A stretch of DNA of 64,000 nucleotides from the human T2T-CHM13v2.0 reference genome, Homo sapiens. Below are positions 42,301 through 55,575 of this stretch, piece after piece. Where the stretch lies: NCBI RefSeq assembly GCF_009914755.1, contig NC_060933.1; one strand, given 5' to 3'. The notes under the pieces are model-generated. The model made no database searches. It saw only the letters and a program-made list of their open reading frames with translations, and was not told the DNA's origin. Position numbers and translations under genes: made by a program. Each line of letters starts with the position of its first letter. The stretch's first letter is position 1.

Positions 42301-45098
42301 TTAAACGCAGTACCAATGTCACATGCAATGGAATTCAAGAGTGAAGCCTGTTGTTGGAATTATGTAACTGGCCGTTTAAATCCCAGTTGTATTAAGTGCC
42401 AAAGTGCATTGCAAAGGACAAGTTCTGTTTCACCCAAGTGGTAAAAGGCACAGTCAAAAGAAGTCGTGCATTTTTTTAGCTGTGGTAAAAAAAAAAATAC
42501 ATAACCTAAAATGTACCATCTTACAGTTCAGTAGTGTTCTGTGTATCCATGTTGCTGTGGAAGGGCATGCATTTTTATGTTGCACGTGCTTTATGAAGAC
42601 TAATAGGGATCTTTTTTTTGAATTTCTCCAGTGGTATTCTCTGATTTGGGGGTAATATTTGAGAACAGCCTTATATTTTTCCTCTTAGCACAACCTAAAT
42701 AGAATTTGAAGCTTCTCCTATGACAGACTCTGTGTGCAATTTATTGTTGGCCTGGTTAAGCAGCTGTAATGTTGTGTCATTAATACATTGATTTTGGCCC
42801 TCTTACTTTAATAAGCTTTGCCATTGCAATTAATTGTACTTAAAAAAAAATCCTGGCATTCACAAAGATTCAGTGAAAGGCATCAATTTTTATTACTCTG
42901 ATGTTTACTTCTCAGCCCCTCCATTGGGGGTTTTAGAACTTTGGACTGTGTCTTATATGCATTTAAGAGCCATGTATTTAAATTTGGAGCACGGTTACAT
43001 AAGCCACACTAGACTTGTTAATGAATAAGGCAGTCTAATTTACATCATTCATTATTTAATACAACTTGCAAGCTGGAGTTGAGAACATGCTGTCTTCATA
43101 GTGTAGGTATTTACAGACATCAGCTTGGCACAACTGTGTGGAGTCTTTTTAGTTTCATACCTTCAATCTCTGCAATATGGACACTTTTGTTACCCTGGGT
43201 AAAACAGTGGAAAAGCCTTGTGACCCTTTTGACCCTACTTTCTTCCACCTCCCCTTCCATCACCCATTATTTATACAGGAAAATGGGTTTGATTTTTTTC
43301 TTCTCTGAAAAGTGATATTTCCTTATGGGAATTCAGAATGCTGGAGTTAAGACAAGAGCCTGGGCTGTATGTTATTACAAGCAAGTATTGGGAAGTTGAA
43401 GCAATGTGGTCCCAGTTCCCTAGTGTGGAGTTTAGGTCTGTTTAAGGTCTCTCACTGTTTCTATCCCATAAACCTCTGTTTGTGTCTGCTTCAATATTCC
43501 CTTATAAAGGTGTTTTCTAAGCTGAAGAGTTGGCTGAACAGCTGAGAGTTGAGGTCTCTTTCTCCCTAGTAATATTCTGTATGATCTCTTTGACTATATC
43601 TAGGTCATAGGAGTATAAAAACTAATGTTTTTGTTTAGCTGGGGAAGGGGAATTGAATTTCTTTTCTCTTCTCCTTTCTTTCTTTCTTTCCTTTTTTTTT
43701 TTTTTTTTTTTGCCTTGAGTGTTAAGCAAGTGCATCCAGTTTTAACTCATTGGTCATCTTGCCTGCTAGGGAAAAAAACATTATCAAACCATTATTGAAT
43801 ACCATAAACTGGCCTTATCCCTCTGGCTAACTTTACCACTTCTCTAGAGAGTTTCTTGTAGGTTCAAAAGCTATAGCGTAGGATGTGACATGAAAGACCT
43901 GCCCCTTGGAACAATGCCAATTTTTAGTTGCTTCTGATGCCTGTAATCAATAGGAGGATTTGGGGGAGAGACTATTGAAGCATGGCAAAGTTTTTACTTG
44001 TTTGATGTGTGTTTGTGAGAGAGAGAGAGAAAGATAGAGGGAAGAAAAAAAACCCTGAATCTTGGATTATTTATGGTTGATCAATCATTTTTATAGTCTA
44101 CTTGGTTGAGCTATTTTAAAACAAATCCCACCTCAAGCCTCAAATGGCAAAGATCTGAGCTCCACTGTGGCCTGATAATTTTAGCTCACATTTGATTGCT
44201 GATCAATCTCCATTAGAAAAGTAAAGGTCCCATATAACTGGGTGCCTTCTCACCACTTACTTTGCTCTCTGGGGTGTCCAAAGGACTGGGAAGTTATAAA
44301 TATTGATCTGGGAGATGGATGAGTGAATGTGCTCAAAGTTACAAAAATCTTGCAAAGAAAAGCAATGTGTAGATACTAAGTTTATTCCTTATGTGTTTCA
44401 AAAAATAAAAATAAAAAAGCATATCATGGAAAGCTGGAGTCAGGAGACCTGGAACTTCATCCCAATGTCACCACTACCCAGTCACTACCCAGTTACCTGA
44501 TCTTGAAGCAGCCTTTTAATGTTTCTGGGCCTCAGCTTGTCACATGTAAACTGAGGGCTTTGGATTTGATGCTCAGACAAGTTTCTCAAGGCTCTGAAGT
44601 TCCCTGAAGCCTCGGTCACGGAGATAAGGAAGTGTATACATCAGCTGTGAAGGAAGGGCATGATACAAGGTGCTCGGGGTCTGGCAGTGTGTGAATCTGA
44701 AGACCTTTGGTGTCAGAGTGTTATGTGGAAATGTTTTCAGTGTCTGCTCTGAACTCCCTCAAACCATGTCTTTTTAAATGTGAGCTGCTAACAAGGCTAG
44801 TGGCATGTTAGTACTGGTCTGATGAGTCCAAGGTCACAGGGTCAGTGTTCAGATGGGTCACTTAGAATCGGAACCTCAGAAAGAGAAAGGGCTTTAGAAA
44901 TGATCTGCTTCAGCCTCTTCTTTGCAAAAATCAAGGGCAGTGAAGAAAGTTGCCGAAGGCCGACTCATTAACAGCATTGTGGGAACTAGAAGCTCCTTCT
45001 CCTAGCATCCAAATGAATGCTGGGGGCCTTTGCTTTAGGGTGCCTCCCCTCCGTTCTGTGTTCTCAAACAGACCGCCTAATTCTGGCTCATCATTTTA

Positions 45099-45153
45099 TT
45101 AGGTTGGTGCGAAAGTAACTGTGGTTTTTGCCATTACTTTTGCACCAACCTAA
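45099..45153. mobile_element. MADE1 (Hsmar1-derived MITE), internally deleted
   Basis: ttaggttggtgc...gcaccaacctaa TIR ends flanked by TA on both sides. Confidence 0.9.
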
Positions 45154-45312
45154 TAGAACCACCATAAATGGGGAGACAAGTTTAACATGGCTAAGTCTGT
45201 GCAAACTCATCTCTGTGAGAGACCAAGTAATTGAAAAGTGCATGAGCTACTGATCTGAAAGCAATCATCTTATCTTCATATAGGAAGAAATATATTTTCT
45301 GTTTAGCTTACT

Positions 45313-45344
45313 GTGTGTGAGTGTGTGTGTGTGTGTGTGTGTGT
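45313..45344. repeat. (TG)n microsatellite
   Basis: Direct reading. Confidence 0.93.
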
Positions 45345-45901
45345 TAAATTTGAAGTGTTCCTCTTCTTTAGGCAATTCATACACAAAAAATTTGAGCTTC
45401 AGAGAAAAGCCTTCATGAGTTGGCAGCAATGAGGTATGCTAACCTTGGGCCTGCTGGGCCATCTTTGCAGATTGGCATTAGAAGAGGGGCAGAGCAGACA
45501 GAGTGAAATGAAACCTGTTGCCCCTGGAGTCTTTGCCACAGTCGGGGGTGCTTATGTAAGTGGAGAAACCCGCAGCCCTTTCGATGAGGTCTGTGTTAGC
45601 TGCCCTGAAAGACCTGTGGCCAGAGAGTACTTATTATTCCCCGACTTCTTTCTTCCCCCTGACTTCTCAATGCCTCAAGATTGATGACTAGTCTCAGTGG
45701 CTGAGCCAGTGAGCAAACTTCAGGATTATTGGCTCCCATCCAAAATTCATCCAGCTACCATTTTATGTGTTGTTCGTGTTCTGCTCTGAGACCTTTCCAG
45801 GAAAAGCACCCTTCTGAGACATATTTTTGGTTGCATGAAGATTTGCTCCCATGGGACGTGAAGGGCCCTTTACAGACATCTGCTTATTTAGGTTTACAGC
45901 C

Positions 45902-46085
45902 TCACTCTGAAGAAGGTGGGGAGGTTTTGGCAGCCTCTGAGGGGCTGTGAGGTTTATTAGTTTGCCTGGGCCCCTTGGTAAAGCAGAGCATAATTTAGGG
46001 GTAGGATCCTATCTAATGTCTCATTTAGGGCTCTGTCTACTCCAACCTTGGTGCCCAAATTTGACCTCGAGAGCCAAGGCAATTC
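45902..46085 (+). repeat. Copy 1 of a 184-bp local direct duplication
   Basis: ~11 substitutions and one 1-nt indel versus 50795-50977. Confidence 0.95.
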
Positions 46086-47248
46086 TAGGAGAGGTCTAGA
46101 GATTTGAATTCATGTTCACAGATTAAACTTCATGCAGTGGGAAGGAGGTGGGCTGGTGCTTCATCCTCTGTCTTCCCCACCCCTATCCTCTTCTCCTGTT
46201 CAGCTCCTGAGCAGTCTGATATATATTGTGAAGAGATAAATGATTTGGTTGCCTTTGGTAATATGGCATCTTCTTGTACAAAATAAAACTGTTAATAATC
46301 ACACACCATTTAGAGTTCCTTTTTTTATGTCAAATAAGGACAAATTGCTACTTAGCATCCCATCCTTTCCTGTAATCTTCATATCCCAAGAATTGTCTAC
46401 ACACACACACATAGACACACACCATAATGTTGTATGTGTGTACCGTGTTTTCATCAATACATAAATCTGTGTATAAAACTCTGCCATGTGTAATTTGTTC
46501 AACTTAATTATCTTGAGTTGTAAAATTTTCTGAATAATTGAGAATGTGCTTCCCTAAACCACTATTTTAATTTTGTTTTTATCATTCTGGATGTCCCTTG
46601 GCCAGGATCTGGTTGGGCTGTCTTCTTTGAGAGAAGTACTTGAGCATTAGTGCATTGACCCTGTTAGCCGACCTGGTCACTCAGAGACCCACTGTGTCTG
46701 TCTTCTGATTCTTTGATATCTTCTCAACATAAACGAACAATGTAAACAAAATTGAAAGGTATCGGAATTTTGGTTTCAACCTCTGCAATATAGTGCAATT
46801 TAAAAAGAAAGGATCTTCTCAACGCTAATCTTTGTAACAAGAGTTGTTTCTACTTCATGTACCCCAGAGTCCCTTGCTGTGAGGTGGCAGAGGGGCCTAT
46901 GCCCGAATTGTCTGACTCTTGCTCACTGTGTGGCAAGTGACCTCTCTTTTCTGGGCTTGGCTTATTCCTCTGTGTGATGCATGTGTAGGGGTGGAGGGTG
47001 CTGGGCAAGAGAGCTTGACATCATAGCCCCTAGATTCCCTGGTAAGGTGTGACAAAAAAACACACAACTATGGTGAAACAAAACAAAACAAAACAAGTGT
47101 CTTTCTCCAAAGAACAAAACAAAACCCCAAACCAGAACACTCTTTTTAGTTTACTCCCAATTTTACTTCAAAACCCTGCTGCTACCACCCAAACTCAAAG
47201 AATGTTATAGATGATATTGCTCCTTGGTTATTTCTTGTGTGCGTCTGG

Positions 47249-47590
47249 TGCTATGGCTTGAATGTTTGTATTCTGCCAAAATTCATGTGTTGAAACTCAG
47301 TCACCAGGGTAGTGGTGTTGAGAGGTGGGAGTTGATTAGGACATAAAGGCAAAATGGGATTGGTGCCCTTATAAAAGAGACTCCAGAGAGCTTGTTTGTC
47401 CTTCCTGCCATGTGAGGACACACATAGAAGGTGCCATTTATGAGGAATGGGCCCTCACCAGATATGAAACCTCCCAGAACCTTGATCTTAGACTTCTCAG
47501 CCTCTAAAACTGTGAGCAATACATTTCTGTTGTTATAAATTACCCAGTCTAAGATATTTTATTTTAGCAGCCCACATGGACTAAGGTACA
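47249..47590 (+). mobile_element. MaLR solo LTR (MLT1A/MST type)
   Basis: tgctatggcttgaatgtttgt...gcccttataaaagagactccagagag...ttataaattacccagtct...ggactaag. Confidence 0.85.
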
Positions 47591-48999
47591 TGGGTTTGGC
47601 CTTTCTCTTTGCAACTCTTCAGCCTCTTTCTGTTTCTGGTGGTGTTTCTTATCCCCTTCTCCTCTGTTCCCAAATCACAGACATATATATACAAACAATC
47701 ATTTGGCTGTAAACCCCCTTTAATGGATTGTAAAGAAATCTTGACTTGTGTACTTTTTTCTGGTGGACGACCTGTGGGCAGACCATCATTGTTTCAACTG
47801 AACCTGGCTTGGTAAGGTTAACACAGTGGGAAAGGCGACAAAGTATAGGAACGTGGTATAACTGAAAGGAGCGCTGGTTAGGGATCTAGGATTTTGGATA
47901 CCCACTCTCTGACAGTATCAGGGTCTGGGATTTTGGTTGAGCCACTTGACCTCACCAGCCTGACTGATTTCATCTTGAACCTGGAGGCTGTGACACTCAT
48001 GCATGCTACTCCTTGAAAGACTCTGTGGTTCTGAATCAGTCAGCCATGAGCACTAGTGTTTCCTTTTCTGTTCAAGAATTCACCATTGCCTTCACTCCAG
48101 GGGCAAACAAGAGCCTGCTTCAGTTCTTTTGGTGGCTAAACAGCAGAAACCTGACCAGTAGGTTTTCTTTAAGTCCAGCTCTGCCGTTGAGGCTGGATGG
48201 TTTTGCAGGTCACCAGCTTCCTGCCATCCTGGGTGACAGCCCTTCCATGGTTTCCCACCAATAGAAACAAATTTTTATTTTTTTCCCTGGGAGTAGTGTT
48301 CAAGACTTTTTCAGCCCATTCCTGGCCCACTTCTGTGGATGAGGCTCTGGCAAGTTTTCTAACTGACCTCTTTGGTTAGTCTCTGTTTTCTGTGACCCCC
48401 AAGAGCAGAAGCTTTCATGGACATCAAATCTTATTTTTCTGCTCATCAAGTTGTCTTTTCATCTTGGTGGAATAGTTTGTCACATTTCCTGATTGTCATG
48501 TGGGTGGGCTGCCATCATGCAAACAGTAGTTCAGTGTCACTAGTGTTATTGAGGACATGGAGATGTCCAACAAACAGGGTACTCTGCAGAGGCAAGGAGC
48601 CCCTGAGCAGCTTATATCTAGCAAGAGACAGATGCATACACATCTAAACACTCCCAATAGTGGGAAGCATTGATGTGTAGATGAGATGTGAGTAATTCCC
48701 AATCCTTACTTCCTATGGTAGCAGTAATCCAGCTGAGTTTCATTATTTTCTCTCTGTCAAATAATTTTTGATATTCCTGGGGCCACCTCCACTCATACTG
48801 CATTAGAGTAAGCTGCAACTTGCATCTGCAACCAGTTACGATGGAAGGGCTGGAGCGCCTTTCAGCTGAAGCTAATCACTCAACCTCGAGCTTTTTTCTA
48901 TCAGCAATTTTCCCTCTCTCACATACCTGTATTTTCTGTTTCTTTCTATTGTTCCACATTTTAAGATAAGAATTGAAGCAGGTTCATGTTCCTCCCATC

Positions 49000-50170
49000 T
49001 TAGAAAAGTTTTTCTTTGGTGTGATTCCCTCCCTCTCCTTCTGCTCCTGACTAAAGTACCTCTCCCTTCAAAGCCAGATCTTGGAAGAGTGATCTGTATT
49101 CATTATGTCTATTTTCCTATCTCTTATACCAGTCCCATTCCACTGTTTTTCAAACTCACTTCACCATAGTCCCCAGAAGCCTTCATGGGCCATATTGCTC
49201 TGTCCTTATCTTACTTGACTTCTTAGCAGAACTTGGCTTCATTTCTCACTCCCTCCTTCTTGAAACATCCTTTTCCTTTGGCCTTGGTGTCACCACACTT
49301 TTCTTGTTTTCCCTCTATCTCTCTGCATGCTACTTGTTTGCTTTATTTGTCGGTTCCCTTTTCTCTGCTCTTAAAAACAGACCTTAAAAGTTTATGTCCC
49401 TTGGGATTCTGTCCTATGGCTGCTTCACTTCCTGGGCTATCTCTGGGCTACATCACCCTCATCCATTACTTATGTTACCTTCTTTGTGCTAATGATGTCC
49501 TAATCTGTTTCCCCATCAATTATCAGTGAAGACCTTTGGACTCATGTGTGCAATACCCCTCTCAGATACAGGAGAGTGTGTCACACTTCTTATTTCTAAA
49601 CAAAATTTTTCATTGTTGCCCCAAACCCATTGCCAGTGTTCCCTATTGTAATGAATGGCACCATTATCCACTCAGTAATACAAGCCACAAACCGTGACTC
49701 TTCCTTCTCTGTAACCCCTACACTCATTCACATATTACGTCTTGTCAATCCATTTTCCTAAGTATTTCCTAAATCTAATTTTTAATATTTCCACTGACAT
49801 TATTCAATCATTCTTTCAACAAATATTGATTGGGGTCTTCTCTATGTTGGGAACTAGCTAGGTACATGGGATATGGTGAGAAAAACTGCCCTGGTCTCTT
49901 CTTACCGGGCTTGCAGTGTGTGGGAGTGGGGGATGGGGAACAAACATCTAATAAGTACTTAACATAAAAACAATATAATTCATGCCATCATCATCTTTTG
50001 CCTAAAATGCTGCAATCGCTTCCTATTTCGCATCCCCGCCTCCAGTCTTGTCCCCTCTCTGCCCATACGCCACACTGTAGCTGGAGCGGTCTATCTGAAA
50101 TGCTGATCTTATCCTGTCACTGCTTATAATTACCCTCTGGCTCCCAGTGTCTCTTAAAATAATGCCTAAA
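49000..50170 (+). mobile_element. L2 remnants (approximate)
   Basis: gtccttatcttacttgacttcttagca...aatggcaccattatccactcagt. Confidence 0.65.
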
Positions 50171-50794
50171 GTTGTTTATTTTTGTTTCAGTTTTTAAAGA
50201 ATAGAACAAAATTGTCACTATATTGCTATATAAAGAGGCATATAACTATTACATGGACCAGAATGCACAGATCAGCATAACAGTCTTTTTCTACACCAGC
50301 AGCTCTATAAAAAAGAACAAATTATAACTGGAAGCTTGCTTGGTGATCTTGGAATTAGAGCAAGGGCATTTAATTTTGCATTTAAAATGTTAAATGGCAT
50401 TAAGCTAAGCTTGCCTGAGGCATCCATCTCCATAATGGGAGAGCCTTCACAAAGGGAATGTAGAACTTGAAGTACTTTGGCCCAGACTTGTATCCCCTGG
50501 ATGGACACTCCTTTTCCTCTCCTTCATTCACTGCCCAACACCAATGCTGATTGATGTATTCTTTCTTTGGAAAGGTTAGTGCCTTTAACCAATGCTTCTC
50601 ATGTCTGGGAGCCTTTCAAATTCCTTAAAGTGATTTTGCACATCTTCTCTCTGAAATGCATTAACTTTATTGTATGGAATTTAGCTGGTAATTATATTTT
50701 TTAAAGTAATATTTGAAAGTGATCAGAAATGCAAGCAGCGCAAAGGAGTGTACCATGAATACACTTTGTAACTCTTGTTACAAAGAGTGTACCT

Positions 50795-50977
50795 TCACTC
50801 TGAAGAAGTTGGGGAGGTTTTGGCAGCCTCTGAGGGGCTGTCAGGTTTATTAGTTTGCCTGGGCCCTTTGGTAAAGCAGAGCATAGTTAGGGATAGGATC
50901 CTATCTAATGTCTCTCTTAGGGCTCTGTCTACTCCAATCTTGTTGCCCAAATTCGACCTCGAGAGCCCAGGCAATTC
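50795..50977 (+). repeat. Copy 2 of the local direct duplication
   Basis: See copy 1. Both copies give EVLAASEGL in the ORF track. Confidence 0.95.
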
Positions 50978-51519
50978 CCTCCCACCATGTACTCCCACCC
51001 TCTAAAATCCCTCAGCTCCCCTCTCCAATAACAACCACTGATTTTATTTTGTGTCGGTCCCCTTTCAGAAATCTTTGTCTTACATATATAGCACATATAT
51101 AGGTCTTTTTAGTTTGTACACAAATGAGGGCATGCTATACCCCCTCTTCTACATCTTGGTCGTTTTTCACTTGACGATGTATCTTAAAAATGTTTCTGGA
51201 TAAACATATGTAACCAACCTTATTTTCTTCCCAGCTGCACAGAAATCCACTGGATGAATAGACTCTATTTAACCAACTTCTTACTGGACAACTCCAGTGT
51301 ACAAGTTCTTGTGTGTACCTTCTACTTGTGTCCTCACATGGCAGAAGGCACAAATAAGCTCTCTCTGGCCTCTCTTATAAAGGGCATTAATCTCATCCCA
51401 CCCTAATGATGTAATCACCTCCAGAAGGCCCCACCTCCTAACATCACATGCATAATTTTATCTATAGGAAATGTTCCTAGAATTTGAATTGCAGGAAAAT
51501 TGCAAGATATTTGTGATTT

Positions 51520-52897
51520 GTGTGTGTGTGTGTGTTTTCTTGTTGCTTATTTTACTTTAAGTTCCGGGATACATGTGCAGAATGTACAGGTTTGTTACAT
51601 AGGTATACATGTGTCATGGTGGTTTGCTGCACCTATCAACCTGTCATCTAGGCTTTAAGCCCCACATGCATTGGGTATTTGTCCTAATGATCTCCCTCCC
51701 CTTGCCCCCCAACCCCTGACAGGCCCTGGTGTGTGATGTTCCCCTCCTGTGTCCATGTGTTCTCACTGTTTAACTCTCACTTATGAGTGAGAACATAAAG
51801 TGTTTGGTTTTCCGTTCCTGTGTTAGTTTGCTGAGAATGATGGCTTCCAGCTTCATCCATGTCCCTATAAAAGACATGATCTCATTCTTTTTTGTGGCTG
51901 CATAGTATTTCATGGCATATATGTGCCACATTTTCTTTATCCAGTCTATCATTGATGGGCATTTTGGTTGGTTCCAAGTCTTTGCTATTGTAAATAGTGC
52001 CGCAATAAATATATGTGTGCATGTGTCTTTATAGTAGAATGATTAATAATCTTTGGGTATATACCCTTTAATGGGATTGCTGGGTCAAATGGTATTTCTG
52101 AGACTAGATCCTTGAGGAATCACCATGCTCTCTTCCACAATGGTTGAACTAATTTACACTCGCACCCACAGTGTAAAAGCGTTCCTATTTCTCCACAGCC
52201 TTGCCAGCATCTATTGCTTCCTGACTTTTTAAGAATCGCCATTCTGACTGGCATGATAGTATCTCATTGTGGTTTTGATTTGCATTTCTCTAATGCAATG
52301 ATGAGTGAGGATGATGATGAGCTTTGGTTCATCTGTTTGTTGGCCACATAAACGTCTTGTTTTGAGAAATATCTATTCATATCCTTTGCCCAATTTTTTT
52401 ATGGGTTTTTTTTTTCTTGTAAATTTGTTTAAGTTCCTTGTAGATTCTGGATATTAGACCTTTGTCAGATGTGTAGATTGCAAAAATTTTCTCCCATTCT
52501 GTAGGTTGCCTGTTCACTCTGATGATAGTTTCTTTTGCTGTGTAGAAGCTCTTTAGTTTAAGTAGATCCCATTTGTCAAGTTTGGCTTTCGTTGCAATTG
52601 CTTTTGATGTCTTAGTCATGGATTCTTTGCCCATGCATATACCTGAATGGCATTGCCTAGGTTTTCTTCTAGGGTTTTTATGGTTTTGGGTTTTACATTT
52701 AGGCCTTTAATCCATCTAGAGTTAATTTTTCTATAAGGTGTAAGGAAGGAGTCCAGTTTCAATTTTCTGCATATGGCTAGCCAGTTTTCCCAGTACCATT
52801 TATTAAACAGGGAATCCTTTCCCCATTGCTTGTTTTTGTCAGGTTTGTGAAAGATCAGATGGTTGTAGATGTGTGATGTTATTTCTGAGGCTCAGTA
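51520..52897 (-). mobile_element. 5'-truncated L1PA (older, PA7/8-like)
   Basis: ORF2 peptides ([25 protein letters not shown]). TSD atatttgtgattt at 51507-51519 and 52898-52910. The tail has decayed to (TG)n. Confidence 0.93.
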
Positions 52898-55441
52898 ATA
52901 TTTGTGATTTTTAAGTAAATATTGCCAAGTTGTTTTGCAAAGAGGTCACATCATTTTGTTCTCCCACAGAAACTGGGAGTGTCTGCTTTCCTACAATTAA
53001 GGCAGTACTATTTGTCGTTGAACTTTTGTTATCAAACCTTTTGTCCTTTGTCAACCAGTTTCCTGAGAAATAGTACCTCAATTGCTGTATTTTGCGATTA
53101 TGTAATTATGATTCAGATTGAAAGTCTTTTCGTATGTTTGTAAGTCATTGGTATTTTTTTTCCGTGAACTTAGCCCTTTTCTTTTTTAATTGAATTGATG
53201 GCCTTTTCAAAAAATAATAAAATTTGTACTTCACCTAATGTTTTGCTTGTCTTCTAATGTCAGTTAAGGATTATGATATTTCTTTTCTTCTCCTCCTTCT
53301 CTTCCTCCTATTTTGTGAAGCAGAATTAAGTTTTTTTCTAGTAAAGCTTATTTTTTTTTTCTATGTTGTAGGTGTGGCTAAGAAGATTATTCCCTTTTCT
53401 AAGAGTATAAAATGAGCAATTTTATATTTTCTTCTACTACTTTTACTATTATATGTTTTTACTTTTAAAGCTTTTGTCTATCTAAATTTTAAAAATATAT
53501 GGAATGATGTAACAATTGTTTTATTATTTTTTTTTTCAGTATAGCCAATCAGTTTCTGGATCTTATTAGTTATGTAATGCTATCTTTCCCTCGCTAATTT
53601 AAAATAGCAATTTGGTTCTGTGGCAGGACTACCTTTGTGTTTGGGCCTGTTTAGGGATCTAGCCTATTCCATTAATCAGTCTGTCTATTTACATGCCAGC
53701 ATTAAATTTTATCTCCCACAGCTTCTTCTTTTTTTTTTTTTCTCCTTGAAGTATTAGTGTCTTACTCATCAGTCTTCTTTCAGAATTTTCAGGATGATTC
53801 TAGCGTGATGATTATTCCACATGAATTTTAGGAACTGCTTGCCTAGCTCCCCTGCTTGATAGTGGTGTTTTTAACAAAGATGGCATTACACTTATATAGC
53901 AAAGGCTGACAACTTCTTATCAAGTCTTGAAAGCCCCGTGTCCTCAAATTCAAAGCCATTTCTCAGCCTCATTTCATGCCTCTACCTTTGTTTGATGCCA
54001 TGATACAGCCACTCTGAGTTTTCAATTTATCTACTGAGCTATATTCTCACTTATCTTCCAGGTTGTCCTCTCTGCCTTCTACCCTGGCTAACTCCTGCTT
54101 ATCTTTTAGGCCTTGGCTGTGATGTTGCTTCCTCTGCCTCTACACCTGGTCTATGTCCCCTCCACTACATGCTCTTATAGCCCCCTGTGTTTCACATCGC
54201 AGCGTAGGTCACTTAGTATCATCAGTGTGTGCCTGTGCACCTGTCTGTACACACCGTTAGGACATAAACTGCATGAAGGCAGGGACATATGGATCTTGTT
54301 TACTGCTCTTTCCTAGCATCTAGCACAATATCCTAGTTCTCTGTGTTACACAAATACACACGGATATGCACTCATGAGCACCTTCTCCCCACCCCCATAT
54401 ATATACACATAAATCTATCATCTAGAACTCTAAATAAGAGTATTAGTTGGTCTCTGGGTCATCAATATGTAAATCTCTAGACATAATTTTTCTCAAGCTA
54501 TCAAGTTAAGATGTTTGTTTATATAAATGACCTTTATGGAATTAAAGTGCACAGTGTTAGTTCATGCACAGCAAGAGATTGATTAATTGTGGAAAGGAAA
54601 AAAGGCAAAGCCTTGATGAGGCAGGCTGATTACATATCCAACAGGAAGGAGGGACAGCAAAGAGAGGGGAGGATGAGGGCGTTCTGCAGATGAAGAGAGA
54701 TGCAGAGCACACAAGCTCAGCAACAGAGGAAAATCCAGGGGAAAAGAATCACTCCAGGGTCACCTGATCTCCAACAAACAAATAGGTCTAATGAGAAAGA
54801 TTTGTGCCTTTTCTGTTAGGTAATAGCTAATAATGGATATCCTTGTGGATCAATTGCAGTTTTCCCTGCGACTGCATTTATGGGGCTTCACTTAAAAGGC
54901 AATTCTGGTGTGAGATTTCGGATGTGATTTATCCTTCTTGGAGTACGGATGATAGAGGCTGTTCATTTTTCTCAAAGAATTGCAAACATCAGGAGTATAA
55001 AAAGATAATGTGTCAGGTCTAGTTTAATGTACCATCTGATACATATACTTTTGCACTTTTGCAGTAAAAATGCATTGGGCTGATCCTATGAATGTTTCAT
55101 GGGGCTTCCTTTATATTTATAAAAATTAACGCTATTAGACATTTGAGAAGTTTTGATAGGTGCTTGCAAAACTCATCAAAAAACCCAACTGATAGACATA
55201 TGAGATTAGAAGGCTTTTTAAAATAGAGTGAAGTCTATAGGTTAATAAATTGTGTTGAATAATCAAAAAGATAATTCTTTCTTAAGATAAATAATATAAA
55301 TCATATCTATTGATGTTTTATTTATTTATGCTTATATAATCAGTATATTCATAATACGTATACAAATGAAAGTGGTTTAGACTCCATGTGTATTTGAAAA
55401 TTAAATTTTAAAAAATGAAGGGGAATTATGTATTTGACGGG

Positions 55442-55575
55442 TTTTTTTCCTTTTTTTGTGGAGACAGGGTTTCGCCCTGTTGCTCAGGCCGGTCTTGAAC
55501 TCCTGGGCTCAAGTGATTCACCTGCCTTTGGCCTCCCAAAATGCTGGGATTGCAGGTGTAAGTCACTGTGCCTGG
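55442..55575 (-). mobile_element. Alu left monomer (FLAM-like)
   Basis: gagacagggtttcgccctgttgctcagg...cctcccaaaatgctgggattgcagg. Confidence 0.85.
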
